A stretch of DNA of 64,000 nucleotides from positions 20,336,001 to 20,400,000 of the forward strand of contig OZ024753.1 of the NCBI GenBank assembly GCA_964016885.1, in the 5' to 3' direction. The position numbers and the translations under genes are program-made. The notes beneath the pieces are model-generated. The model had not been told where the DNA came from. It saw nothing but the letters and a program-made list of their open reading frames with translations, and did no database searches. How positions within the stretch are numbered: the first letter of the stretch is position 1; each line of letters begins with the position of its first letter. Source of the stretch: Eledone cirrhosa (lineage: Eukaryota). Positions 24,600 through 36,500 of the stretch are shown piece after piece.

Positions 24600-27500
24600 T
24601 CTGTGTGTGTTGTGATACAGTATAGTGTCTGGGGAGTTGGGAAGGATCTGTGTGTGTTGTGATACAGTGTAGTGTCTGATGAGTTGGGAAGGATCTGTGT
24701 GTGTTGTGATACAGTGTGTTGTCTGGGGTGTTGGGAAGGATCTGTGTGTGTTGTGATACAGTATAGTGTCTGGGAAGTTGGGAAGGATCTGTGTGTGTTG
24801 TGATACAGTATAGTGTCTGGGGAATTGGGAAGGATCTGTGTGTGTTGTGATACAGTATAGTGTCTGGGGTGTTGGGAAGGATCTGTGTGTGTTGTGATAC
24901 AGTGTAGTGTCTGGGGTGTTGGGAAGGATCTGTGTGTGTTGTGATACAGTGTAGTGTCTGGGGTGTTGGGAAGGATCTGTGTGTGTTGTGATACAGTATA
25001 GTGTCTGGGGAGTTGGGAAGGATCTGTGTGTGTTGGGATACAGTATAGTGTCTGGGGTGTTGGGAAGGATCTGTGTGTGTTGTGATACAGTGTAGTGTCT
25101 GGGGAGTTGGGAAGGATCTGTGTGTGTGTTGTGATACAGTGTAGTGTTTGGGGAGTTGGGAAGGATCTGTGTGTGTTGTGATACAGTGTAGTGTCTGGGG
25201 AGTTGGGAAGGGTCTGTGTGTGTTGTGATACAGTGTAGTGTCTGGGGAGTTGGGAAGGATCTGTGTGTGTTGTGATACAGTATAGTGTCTGGGGAGTTGG
25301 GAGGGATCTGTGTGTGTTGTGATACAGTATAGTGTCTGGGGTGTTGGGAAGGATCTGTGTGTGTTGTGATACAGTATAGTGTCTGGGGTGTTGGGAAGGA
25401 TCTGTGTGTGTTGTGATACAGTGTAGTGTCTGGGGAGTTGGGATGGATCTGTGTGTGTTGTGATTCAGTGTAGTGTCTGGGGAGTTGGGAAGGATCTGTG
25501 TGTGTTGTGATACAGTGTAGTGTCTGGGGAGTTGGGAAGGATCTGTGTGTGTTGTGATACAGTGTAGTGTCTGGGGAGTTGGGAAGGATCTGTGTGTGTT
25601 GTGATACAGTATAGTGTCTGGGGTGTTGGGAAGGATCTGTGTGTGTTGTGATACAGTGTAGAGTCTGGGGTGTTGGGACGGATCTGTGTGTGTTGTGATA
25701 CAGTATAGTGTCTGGGGAGTTGGGAAGGATATGTGTGTGTTGTGATACAGTATAGTGTCTGGGGTGTTGGGAAGGATCTGTGTGTGTTGTGATACAGTGT
25801 AGTGTCTGGGGAGTTGGGAAGGATCTGTGTGTGTTGTGATACAGTGTAGTGACTAGGGAGTTGGGAAGGATCTGTGTGTGTTGTGATACAGTATAGTGTC
25901 TGGGGAGTTGGGAAGGATCTGTGTGTGTTGTGATACAGTATAGTGTCTGGGGTTTTGGGAAGGATCTGTGTGTGTTGTGATAGAGTGTAGTGTCTGGGGT
26001 GTTGGAAAGGATCTGTGTGTGTTGTGATACAGTGTAGTGTCTGGGGTGTTGGGAAGAATCTGTGTGTGTTGTGATACAGTATAGTGTCTGGGGAGTTGGG
26101 AAGGATCTGTGTGTGTTGTGATACAGTATAGTGTCTTGGGTGTTGGGAAGGATCTGTGTGTGTTGTGATACAGTGTAGTGTCTGGGGAGTTGGGGAGGAT
26201 CTGTGTGTGTTGTGATACAGTGTAGTGTCTGGGGAGTTGGGAAGGATCTGTGTGTGGTGTGATACAGTGTAGTGTCTGGAGAGTTGGGAAGGATCTGTGT
26301 GTGTTGTGATACAGTGTAGTTTCTGGGGAGTTGGGAAGGATCTGTGTGTGTTGTGATACAGTATAGTGTCTGGGGAGTTGGGAAGGATATGTGTGTGTTG
26401 TGATACAGTATAGTGTCTGGGGAGTTGGGAAGGATCTGTGTGTGTTGTGATACAGTATAGTGTCTGGGGTGTTGGGAAGGATCTGTGTGTGTTGTGATAC
26501 AGTGTAGTGTCTGATGAGTTGGGAAGGATCTGTGTGTGTTGTGATACAGTGTGTTGTCTGGGGTCTTGGGAAGGATCTGTGTGTGTTGTGATACAGTATA
26601 GTGTCTGGGAAGTTGGGAAGGATCTGTGTGTGTTGTGATACAGTATAGTGTCTGGGGAGTTGGGAAGGATCTGTGTGTGTTGTGATACAGTATAGTGTCT
26701 GGGATGTTGGGAAGGATCTGTGTGTGTTGTGATACAGTGTAGTGTCTGGGGTGTTGGGAAGGATCTGTGTGTGTTGTGATACAGTGTAGTGTCTGGGGTG
26801 TTGGGAAGGATCTGTGTGTGTTGTGATACAGTATAGTGTCTGGGGAGTTGGGAAGGATCTGTGTGTGTTGGGATACAGTATAGTGTCTGGGGTGTTGGGA
26901 AGGATCTGTGTGTGTTGTGATACAGTGTAGTGTCTGGGGAGTTGGGAAGGATCTGTGTGTGTGTTGTGATACAGTGTAGTGTGTGGGGAGTTGGGAAGGA
27001 TCTGTGTGTGTTGTGATACAGTGTAGTGACTGGGGAGTTGGGAAGGATCTGTGTGTGTTGTGATACAGTATAGTGTCTGGGGTGTTGGGAAGGATATGTG
27101 TGTGTTGTGATACAGTGTAGTGTCTGGGGTGTTGGGAAGGATCTATGTGTGTTGTGATACAGTATAGTGTCTGGGGAGTTGGGAAGGATCTGTGTGTGTT
27201 GTGATACAGTATAGTGTCTGGGGTGTTGGGAAGGATCTGTGTGTGTTGTGATACAGTGTAGTGTCTGGGGAGTTGGGAAGGATCTGTGTGTGTTGTGATA
27301 CAGTGTAGTGTCTAGGGAGTTGGGAAGGATCTATGTGTGTTGTGATACAGTATAGTGTCTGGGGAGTAGGGAAGGATCTGTGTGTGTTGTGATACAGTAT
27401 AGTGTCTGGTGTGTTGGGAAGGATATGTGTGTGTTGTGATACAGTGTAGTGTCTGTGGTGTTGGGAAGGTTCTGTGTGTGTTGTGATACAGTATAGTGTC

Positions 27501-30500
27501 TGGGGAGTTGGGAAGGATCTGTGTGTGTTGTGATACAGTATAGTGTCTGGGGTGTTGGGAAGGATCTGTGTGTGTTGTGATACAGTGTAGTGTCTGGGGA
27601 GTTGGGAAGGATCTGTGTGTGTTGTGATACAGTGTAGTGTCTGGGAAGTTGGGAAGGATCTGTGTGTGTTGTGATACAGTGTAGTGTCTGGGGAGTTGTG
27701 AAGGATCTGTGTGTGTTGTGATACAGTATAGTGTCTGGGGAGTTGGGAAGGATCTGTGTGTGTTGTGATCCAGTATAATGTCTGGGGAGTTCGGAAGGAT
27801 CTGTGTGTGTTGTGATACAGTATAGTGTCTGGGGTGTTGGGAAGGATCTGTGTGTGTTGTGATACAGTGTAGTGTCTGGGGAGTTGGGAAGGATCTGTGT
27901 GTGTTGTGATACAGTGTAGTGTCTGGGGAGTTGGGAAGGATCTGTGTGTGTTGTGATACAGTGTAGTGTCTGGGGAGTTGGGAAGGATCTGTGTGTGTTG
28001 TGATACAGTGTAGTTACTGGGGAGTTGGGAAGGATCTGTGTGTGTTGTGATACAGTATAGTGTCTGGGGTGTTGGGAAGGATCTGTGTGTGTTGTGATAC
28101 AGTGTAGTGTCTGGGGTGTTGGGAAGGATCTGTGTGTGTTGTGATACAGTATAGTGTCTGGGGAGTTGGGAAGGATCTGTGTGTGTTGTGATACAGTGTA
28201 GTTACTGGGGAGTTGGGAAGGATCTGTGTGTGTTGTGATACAGTATAGTGTCTGGGGTGTTGGGAAGGATCTGTGTGTGTTGTGATACAGTATAGTGTCT
28301 GGGGTGTTGGGAAGGATCTGTGTGTGTTGTGATACAGTATAGTGTCTGGGGAGTTGGGAAGGATCTGTGTGTGTTCTGATACAGTATAGTGTCTGGGGTG
28401 TTGGGAAGGATCTGTGTGTGTTGTGATACAGTGTAGTGTCTGGGGATTTGGGAAGGATCTGTGTGTGTTGTGATACAGTGTAGTGTCTAGGGAGTTGGGA
28501 AGGATCTGTGTGTGTTGTGATACAGTATAGTGTCTGGGGAGTTGGGAAGGATCTGTGTGCGTTGTGATACAGTATAGTGTCTGGGGTGTTGGGAAGGATC
28601 TGTGTGTGTTGTGATACAGTGTAGTGTCTGGGGTGTTGGGAAGGATCTCTGTGTGTTGTGATACAGTGTAGTGTCTGGGGTGTTGGGAAGGATCTGTGTG
28701 TGTTGTGATACAGTATAGTGTCTGGGGAGTTGGGAAGGATCTGTGTGTGTTGTGATACATTATAGTGTCTTGGGTGTTGGGAAGGATCTGTGTGTGTTGT
28801 GATACAGTGTAGTGTCTGGGGAGTTGGGAAGGATATGTGTGTGTTGTGATACAGTGTAGTGTCTGGGGAGTTGGGAAGGATCTGTGTGTGGTGTGATACA
28901 GTGTAGTGTCTGGAGAGTTGGGAAGGATCTGTGTGTGTTGTGATACAGTGTAGTGTCTGGGGAGTTGGGAAGGATCTGTGTGTGTTGTGATACAGTGTAG
29001 TGTCTGGGGAGTTGGGAAGCATATGTGTGTGTTGTGATACAGTGTAGTGTCTGGGGAGTTGGTAAGGATCTGTGTGTGTTGTGATACAGTGTAGTGCCTA
29101 GGGAGTTGGGAAGGATCTGTGTGTGTTGTGATACAGTATAGTGTCTGGGGATTTGGGAAGGATCTGTGTGTGTTGTGATACAGTATAGTGTCTGGGGTTT
29201 TGGGAAGGATCTGTGTGTGTTGTGATAGAGTGTAGTGTCTGGGGTGTTGGAAAGGATCTGTGTGTGTTGTGATACAGTGTAGTGTCTGGGGTGTTGGGAA
29301 GAATCTGTGTGTGTTGTGATACAGTATAATGTCTGGGGAGTTGGGAAGGATCTGTGTGTGTTGTGATACAGTATAGTGTCTTGGGTGTTGGGAAGGATCT
29401 GTGTGTGTTGTGATACAGTGTAGTGTCTGGTGAGTTGGGAAGGATCTGTGTGTGTTGTGATACAGTATAGTGTCTGGGGAGTTGGGGAGGATCTGTGTGT
29501 GTTGTGATACAGTGTAGTGTCTGGGGAGTTGGGAAGGATCTGTGTGTGGTGTGATACAGTGTAGTGTCTGGAGAGTTGGGAAGGATATGTGTGTGTTGTG
29601 ATACAGTATAGTGTCTGGGGTTTTGGGAAGGATCTGTGTGTGTTGTGATACAGTGTAGTGTCTGGGGTGTTGGGAAGGATCTGTGTGTGTTGTGATACAG
29701 TGTAGTGTCTGGGGTGTTGGGAAGGATCTGTGTGTGTTGTGATACAGTATAGTGTCTGGGGAGTTGGGAAGGATCTGTGTGTGTTGTGATACAGTATAGT
29801 GTCTTGGGTGTTGGGAAGGATCTGTGTGTGTTGTGATACAGTGTAGTGTCTGGGGAGTTGGGGAGGATCTGTGTGTGTTGTGATACAGTGTAGTGTCTGG
29901 GGAGTTGGGAAGGATCTGTGTGTGGTGTGATACAGTGTAGTGTCTGGAGAGTTGGGAAGGATCTGTGTGTGTTGTGATACAGTGTAGTGTCTGGGAAGTT
30001 GGGAAGGATCTGTGTGTGTTGTGATACAGTATAGTGTCTGGGGAGTTGGGAAGGATATGTGTGTGTTGTGATACAGTATAGTGTCTGGGGAGTTGGGAAG
30101 GATCTGTGTGTGTTGTGATACAGTATAGTGTCTGGGGAGTTGGGAAGGATCTGTGTGTGTTGTGATACAGTGTAGTGTCTGATGAGTTGGGAAGGATCTG
30201 TGTGTGTTGTGATACAGTGTGTTGTCTGGGGTGTTGGGAAGGATCTGTGTGTGTTGTGATACAGTATAGTGTCTGGGAAGTTGGGAAGGATCTGTGTGTG
30301 TTGTGATACAGTATAGTGTCTGGGGAATTGGGAAGGATCTGTGTGTGTTGTGATACAGTATAGTGTCTGGGGTGTTGGGAAGGATCTGTGTGTGTTGTGA
30401 TACAGTGTAGTGTCTGGGGTGTTGGGAAGGATCTGTGTGTGTTGTGATACAGTGTAGTGTCTGGGGTGTTGGGAAGGATCTGTGTGTGTTGTGATACAGT

Positions 30501-33500
30501 ATAGTGTCTGGGGAGTTGGGAAGGATCTGTGTGTGTTGGGATACAGTATAGTGTCTGGGGTGTTGGGAAGGATCTGTGTGTGTTGTGATACAGTGTAGTG
30601 TCTGGGGAGTTGGGAAGGATCTGTGTGTGTGTTGTGATACAGTGTAGTGTTTGGGGAGTTGGGAAGGATCTGTGTGTGTTGTGATACAGTGTAGTGTCTG
30701 GGGAGTTGGGAAGGGTCTGTGTGTGTTGTGATACAGTGTAGTGTCTGGGGAGTTGGGAAGGATCTGTGTGTGTTGTGATACAGTATAGTGTCTGGGGAGT
30801 TGGGAGGGATCTGTGTGTGTTGTGATACAGTATAGTGTCTGGGGTGTTGGGAAGGATCTGTGTGTGTTGTGATACAGTATAGTGTCTGGGGAGTTGGGAA
30901 GGATCTGTGTGTGTTGTGATACAGTATAGTGTCTGGGGAGTTGGGAAGGATCTGTGTGTGTTGTGATACAGTATAGTGTCTGGGGTGTTGGGAAGGATCT
31001 GTGTGTGTTGTGATACAGTGTAGTGTCTGGGGAGTTGGGATGGATCTGTGTGTGTTGTGATTCAGTGTAGTGTCTGGGGAGTTGGGAAGGATCTGTGTGT
31101 GTTGTGATACAGTGTAGTGTCTGGGGAGTTGGGAAGGATCTGTGTGTGTTGTGATACAGTGTAGTGTCTGGGGAGTTGGGAAGGATCTGTGTGTGTTGTG
31201 ATACAGTATAGTGTCTGGGGTGTTGGGAAGGATCTGTGTGTGTTGTGATACAGTGTAGTGTCTGGGGTGTTGGGACGGATCTGTGTGTGTTGTGATACAG
31301 TATAGTGTCTGGGGAGTTGGGAAGGATCTGTGTGTGTTGTGATACAGTATAGTGTATGGGGTGTTGGGAAGGATCTGTGTGTGTTGTGATACAGTGTAGT
31401 GTCTGGGGAGTTGGGAAGGATCTGTGTGTGTTGTGATACAGTGTAGTGACTAGGGAGTTGGGAAGGATCTGTGTGTGTTGTGATACAGTATAGTGTCTGG
31501 GGAGTTGGGAAGGATCTGTGTGTGTTGTGATACAGTATAGTGTCTGGGGTTTTGGGAAGGATCTGTGTGTGTTGTGATAGAGTGTAGTGTCTGGGGTGTT
31601 GGAAAGGATCTGTGTGTGTTGTGATACAGTGTAGTGTCTGGGGTGTTGGGAAGAATCTGTGTGTGTTGTGATACAGTATAGTGTCTGGGGAGTTGGGAAG
31701 GATCTGTGTGTGTTGTGATACAGTATAGTGTCTTGGGTGTTGGGAAGGATCTGTGTGTGTTGTGATACAGTGTAGTGTCTGGGGAGTTGGGAAGGATCTG
31801 TGTGTGTTGTGATACAGTGTAGTGTCTGGGGAGTTGGGAAGGATCTGTGTGTGTTGTGATACAGTGTAGTGTCTGGGGAGTTGGGAAGGATCTGTGTGTG
31901 TTGTGATACAGTGTAGTGTCTGGGGAGTTGGGAAGGATCTGTGTGTGTTGTGATACAGTATAGTGTCTGGGGTGTTGGGAAGGATCTGTGTGTGTTGTGA
32001 TACAGTGTAGAGTCTGGGGTGTTGGGACGGATCTGTGTGTGTTGTGATACAGTATAGTGTCTGGGGAGTTGGGAAGGATATGTGTGTGTTGTGATACAGT
32101 ATAGTGTCTGGGGTGTTGGGAAGGATCTGTGTGTGTTGTGATACAGTGTAGTGTCTGGGGAGTTGGGAAGGATCTGTGTGTGTTGTGATACAGTGTAGTG
32201 ACTAGGGAGTTGGGAAGGATCTGTGTGTGTTGTGATACAGTATAGTGTCTGGGGAGTTGGGAAGGATCTGTGTGTGTTGTGATACAGTATAGTGTCTGGG
32301 GTTTTGGGAAGGATCTGTGTGTGTTGTGATAGAGTGTAGTGTCTGGGGTGTTGGAAAGGATCTGTGTGTGTTGTGATACAGTGTAGTGTCTGGGGTGTTG
32401 GGAAGAATCTGTGTGTGTTGTGATACAGTATAGTGTCTGGGGAGTTGGGAAGGATCTGTGTGTGTTGTGATACAGTATAGTGTCTTGGGTGTTGGGAAGG
32501 ATCTGTGTGTGTTGTGATACAGTGTAGTGTCTGGGGAGTTGGGGAGGATCTGTGTGTGTTGTGATACAGTGTAGTGTCTGGGGAGTTGGGAAGGATCTGT
32601 GTGTGGTGTGATACAGTGTAGTGTCTGGAGAGTTGGGAAGGATCTGTGTGTGTTGTGATACAGTGTAGTTTCTGGGGAGTTGGGAAGGATCTGTGTGTGT
32701 TGTGATACAGTATAGTGTCTGGGGAGTTGGGAAGGATATGTGTGTGTTGTGATACAGTATAGTGTCTGGGGAGTTGGGAAGGATCTGTGTGTGTTGTGAT
32801 ACAGTATAGTGTCTGGGGTGTTGGGAAGGATCTGTGTGTGTTGTGATACAGTGTAGTGTCTGATGAGTTGGGAAGGATCTGTGTGTGTTGTGATACAGTG
32901 TGTTGTCTGGGGTCTTGGGAAGGATCTGTGTGTGTTGTGATACAGTATAGTGTCTGGGGTGTTGGGAAGGATCTGTGTGTGTTGTGATACAGTATAGTGT
33001 CTGGGGAGTTGGGAAGGATCTGTGTGTGTTGGGATACAGTATAGTGTCTGGGGTGTTGGGAAGGATCTGTGTGTGTTGTGATACAGTGTAGTGTCTGGGG
33101 AGTTGGGAAGGATCTGTGTGTGTGTTGTGATACAGTGTAGTGTGTGGGGAGTTGGGAAGGATCTGTGTGTGTTGTGATACAGTGTAGTGACTGGGGAGTT
33201 GGGAAGGATCTGTGTGTGTTGTGATACAGTATAGTGTCTGGGGTGTTGGGAAGGATATGTGTGTGTTGTGATACAGTGTAGTGTCTGGGGTGTTGGGAAG
33301 GATCTATGTGTGTTGTGATACAGTATAGTGTCTGGGGAGTTGGGAAGGATCTGTGTGTGTTGTGATACAGTATAGTGTCTGGGGTGTTGGGAAGGATCTG
33401 TGTGTGTTGTGATACAGTGTAGTGTCTGGGGAGTTGGGAAGGATCTGTGTGTGTTGTGATACAGTGTAGTGTCTAGGGAGTTGGGAAGGATCTATGTGTG

Positions 33501-36500
33501 TTGTGATACAGTATAGTGTCTGGGGAGTAGGGAAGGATCTGTGTGTGTTGTGATACAGTATAGTGTCTGGTGTGTTGGGAAGGATATGTGTGTGTTGTGA
33601 TACAGTGTAGTGTCTGGGGTGTTGGGAAGGATCTGTGTGTGTTGTGATACAGTATAGTGTCTGGGGAGTTGGGAAGGATCTGTGTGTGTTGTGATACAGT
33701 ATAGTGTCTGGGGTGTTGGGAAGGATCTGTGTGTGTTGTGATACAGTGTAGTGTCTGGGGAGTTGGGAAGGATCTGTGTGTGTTGTGATACAGTGTAGTG
33801 TCTGGGAAGTTGGGAAGGATCTGTGTGTGTTGTGATACAGTGTAGTGTCTGGGGAGTTGTGAAGGATCTGTGTGTGTTGTGATACAGTATAGTGTCTGGG
33901 GAGTTGGGAAGGATCTGTGTGTGTTGTGATCCAGTATAATGTCTGGGGAGTTCGGAAGGATCTGTGTGTGTTGTGATACAGTATAGTGTCTGGGGTGTTG
34001 GGAAGGATCTGTGTGTGTTGTGATACAGTGTAGTGTCTGGGGAGTTGGGAAGGATCTGTGTGTGTTGTGATACAGTGTAGTGTCTGGGGAGTTGGGAAGG
34101 ATCTGTGTGTGTTGTGATACAGTGTAGTGTCTGGGGAGTTGGGAAGGATCTGTGTGTGTTGTGATACAGTGTAGTTACTGGGGAGTTGGGAAGGATCTGT
34201 GTGTGTTGTGATACAGTATAGTGTCTGGGGTGTTGGGAAGGATCTGTGTGTGTTGTGATACAGTGTAGTGTCTGGGGTGTTGGGAAGGATCTGTGTGTGT
34301 TGTGATACAGTATAGTGTCTGGGGAGTTGGGAAGGATCTGTGTGTGTTGTGATACAGTGTAGTTACTGGGGAGTTGGGAAGGATCTGTGTGTGTTGTGAT
34401 ACAGTATAGTGTCTGGGGTGTTGGGAAGGATCTGTGTGTGTTGTGATACAGTATAGTGTCTGGGGTGTTGGGAAGGATCTGTGTGTGTTGTGATACAGTA
34501 TAGTGTCTGGGGAGTTGGGAAGGATCTGTGTGTGTTCTGATACAGTATAGTGTCTGGGGTGTTGGGAAGGATCTGTGTGTGTTGTGATACAGTGTAGTGT
34601 CTGGGGATTTGGGAAGGATCTGTGTGTGTTGTGATACAGTGTAGTGTCTAGGGAGTTGGGAAGGATCTGTGTGTGTTGTGATACAGTATAGTGTCTGGGG
34701 AGTTGGGAAGGATCTGTGTGCGTTGTGATACAGTATAGTGTCTGGGGTGTTGGGAAGGATCTGTGTGTGTTGTGATACAGTGTAGTGTCTGGGGTGTTGG
34801 GAAGGATCTGTGTGTGTTGTGATACAGTGTAGTGTCTGGGGTGTTGGGAAGGATCTGTGTGTGTTGTGATACAGTATAGTGTCTGGGGAGTTGGGAAGGA
34901 TCTGTGTGTGTTGTGATACATTATAGTGTCTTGGGTGTTGGGAAGGATCTGTGTGTGTTGTGATACAGTGTAGTGTCTGGGGAGTTGGGAAGGATATGTG
35001 TGTGTTGTGATACAGTGTAGTGTCTGGGGAGTTGGGAAGGATCTGTGTGTGGTGTGATACAGTGTAGTGTCTGGAGAGTTGGGAAGGATCTGTGTGTGTT
35101 GTGATACAGTGTAGTGTCTGGGGAGTTGGGAAGGATCTGTGTGTGTTGTGATACAGTGTAGTGTCTGGGGAGTTGGGAAGGATATGTGTGTGTTGTGATA
35201 CAGTGTAGTGTCTGGGGAGTTGGGAAGGATCTGTGTGTGGTGTGATACAGTGTAGTGTCTGGGGAGTTGGGAAGGATCTGTGTGTGGTGTGATACAGTGT
35301 AGTGTCTGGAGAGTTGGGAAGCATATGTGTGTGTTGTGATACAGTGTAGTGTCTGGGGAGTTGGTAAGGATCTGTGTGTGTTGTGATACAGTGTAGTGCC
35401 TAGGGAGTTGGGAAGGATCTGTGTGTGTTGTGATACAGTATAGTGTCTGGGGAGTTGGGAAGGATCTGTGTGTGTTGTGATACAGTATAGTGTCTGGGGT
35501 TTTGGGAAGGATCTGTGTGTGTTGTGATAGAGTGTAGTGTCTGGGGTGTTGGAAAGGATCTGTGTGTGTTGTGATACAGTGTAGTGTCTGGGGTGTTGGG
35601 AAGAATCTGTGTGTGTTGTGATACAGTATAATGTCTGGGGAGTTGGGAAGGATCTGTGTGTGTTGTGATACAGTATAGTGTCTTGGGTGTTGGGAAGGAT
35701 CTGTGTGTGTTGTGATACAGTGTAGTGTCTGGTGAGTTGGGAAGGATCTGTGTGTGTTGTGATACAGTATAGTGTCTGGGGAGTTGGGGAGGATCTGTGT
35801 GTGTTGTGATACAGTGTAGTGTCTGGGGAGTTGGGAAGGATCTGTGTGTGGTGTGATACAGTGTAGTGTCTGGAGAGTTGGGAAGGATATGTGTGTGTTG
35901 TGATACAGTATAGTGTCTGGGGTTTTGGGAAGGATCTGTGTGTGTTGTGATACAGTGTAGTGTCTGGGGTGTTGGGAAGGATCTGTGTGTGTTGTGATAC
36001 AGTGTAGTGTCTGGGGTGTTGGGAAGGATCTGTGTGTGTTGTGATACAGTATAGTGTCTGGGGAGTTGGGAAGGATCTGTGTGTGTTGTGATACAGTATA
36101 GTGTCTTGGGTGTTGGGAAGGATCTGTGTGTGTTGTGATACAGTGTAGTGTCTGGGGAGTTGGGGAGGATCTGTGTGTGTTGTGATACAGTGTAGTGTCT
36201 GGGGAGTTGGGAAGGATCTGTGTGTGGTGTGATACAGTGTAGTGTCTGGAGAGTTGGGAAGGATCTGTGTGTGTTGTGATACAGTGTAGTGTCTGGGAAG
36301 TTGGGAAGGATCTGTGTGTGTTGTGATACAGTATAGTGTCTGGGGAGTTGGGAAGGATATGTGTGTGTTGTGATACAGTATAGTGTCTGGGGAGTTGGGA
36401 AGGATCTGTGTGTGTTGTGATACAGTATAGTGTCTGGGGAGTTGGGAAGGATCTGTGTGTGTTGTGATACAGTGTAGTGTCTGATGAGTTGGGAAGGATC

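Larger units (their letters stand above)
1..24600. repeat. Array domain 1: irregular higher-order repeat (~4.5-8 kb period)
   Basis: Private markers are GATACCATG (CAT ending 815, 8849, 14676, 19789, 24292), GTTGCGAAG, TGTGTATGTT, CAGTTTAG, GGAATGATC and the 45-bp cassette. Near-identical ORF translations recur at 6214, 12039 and 17340. Confidence 0.85.
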
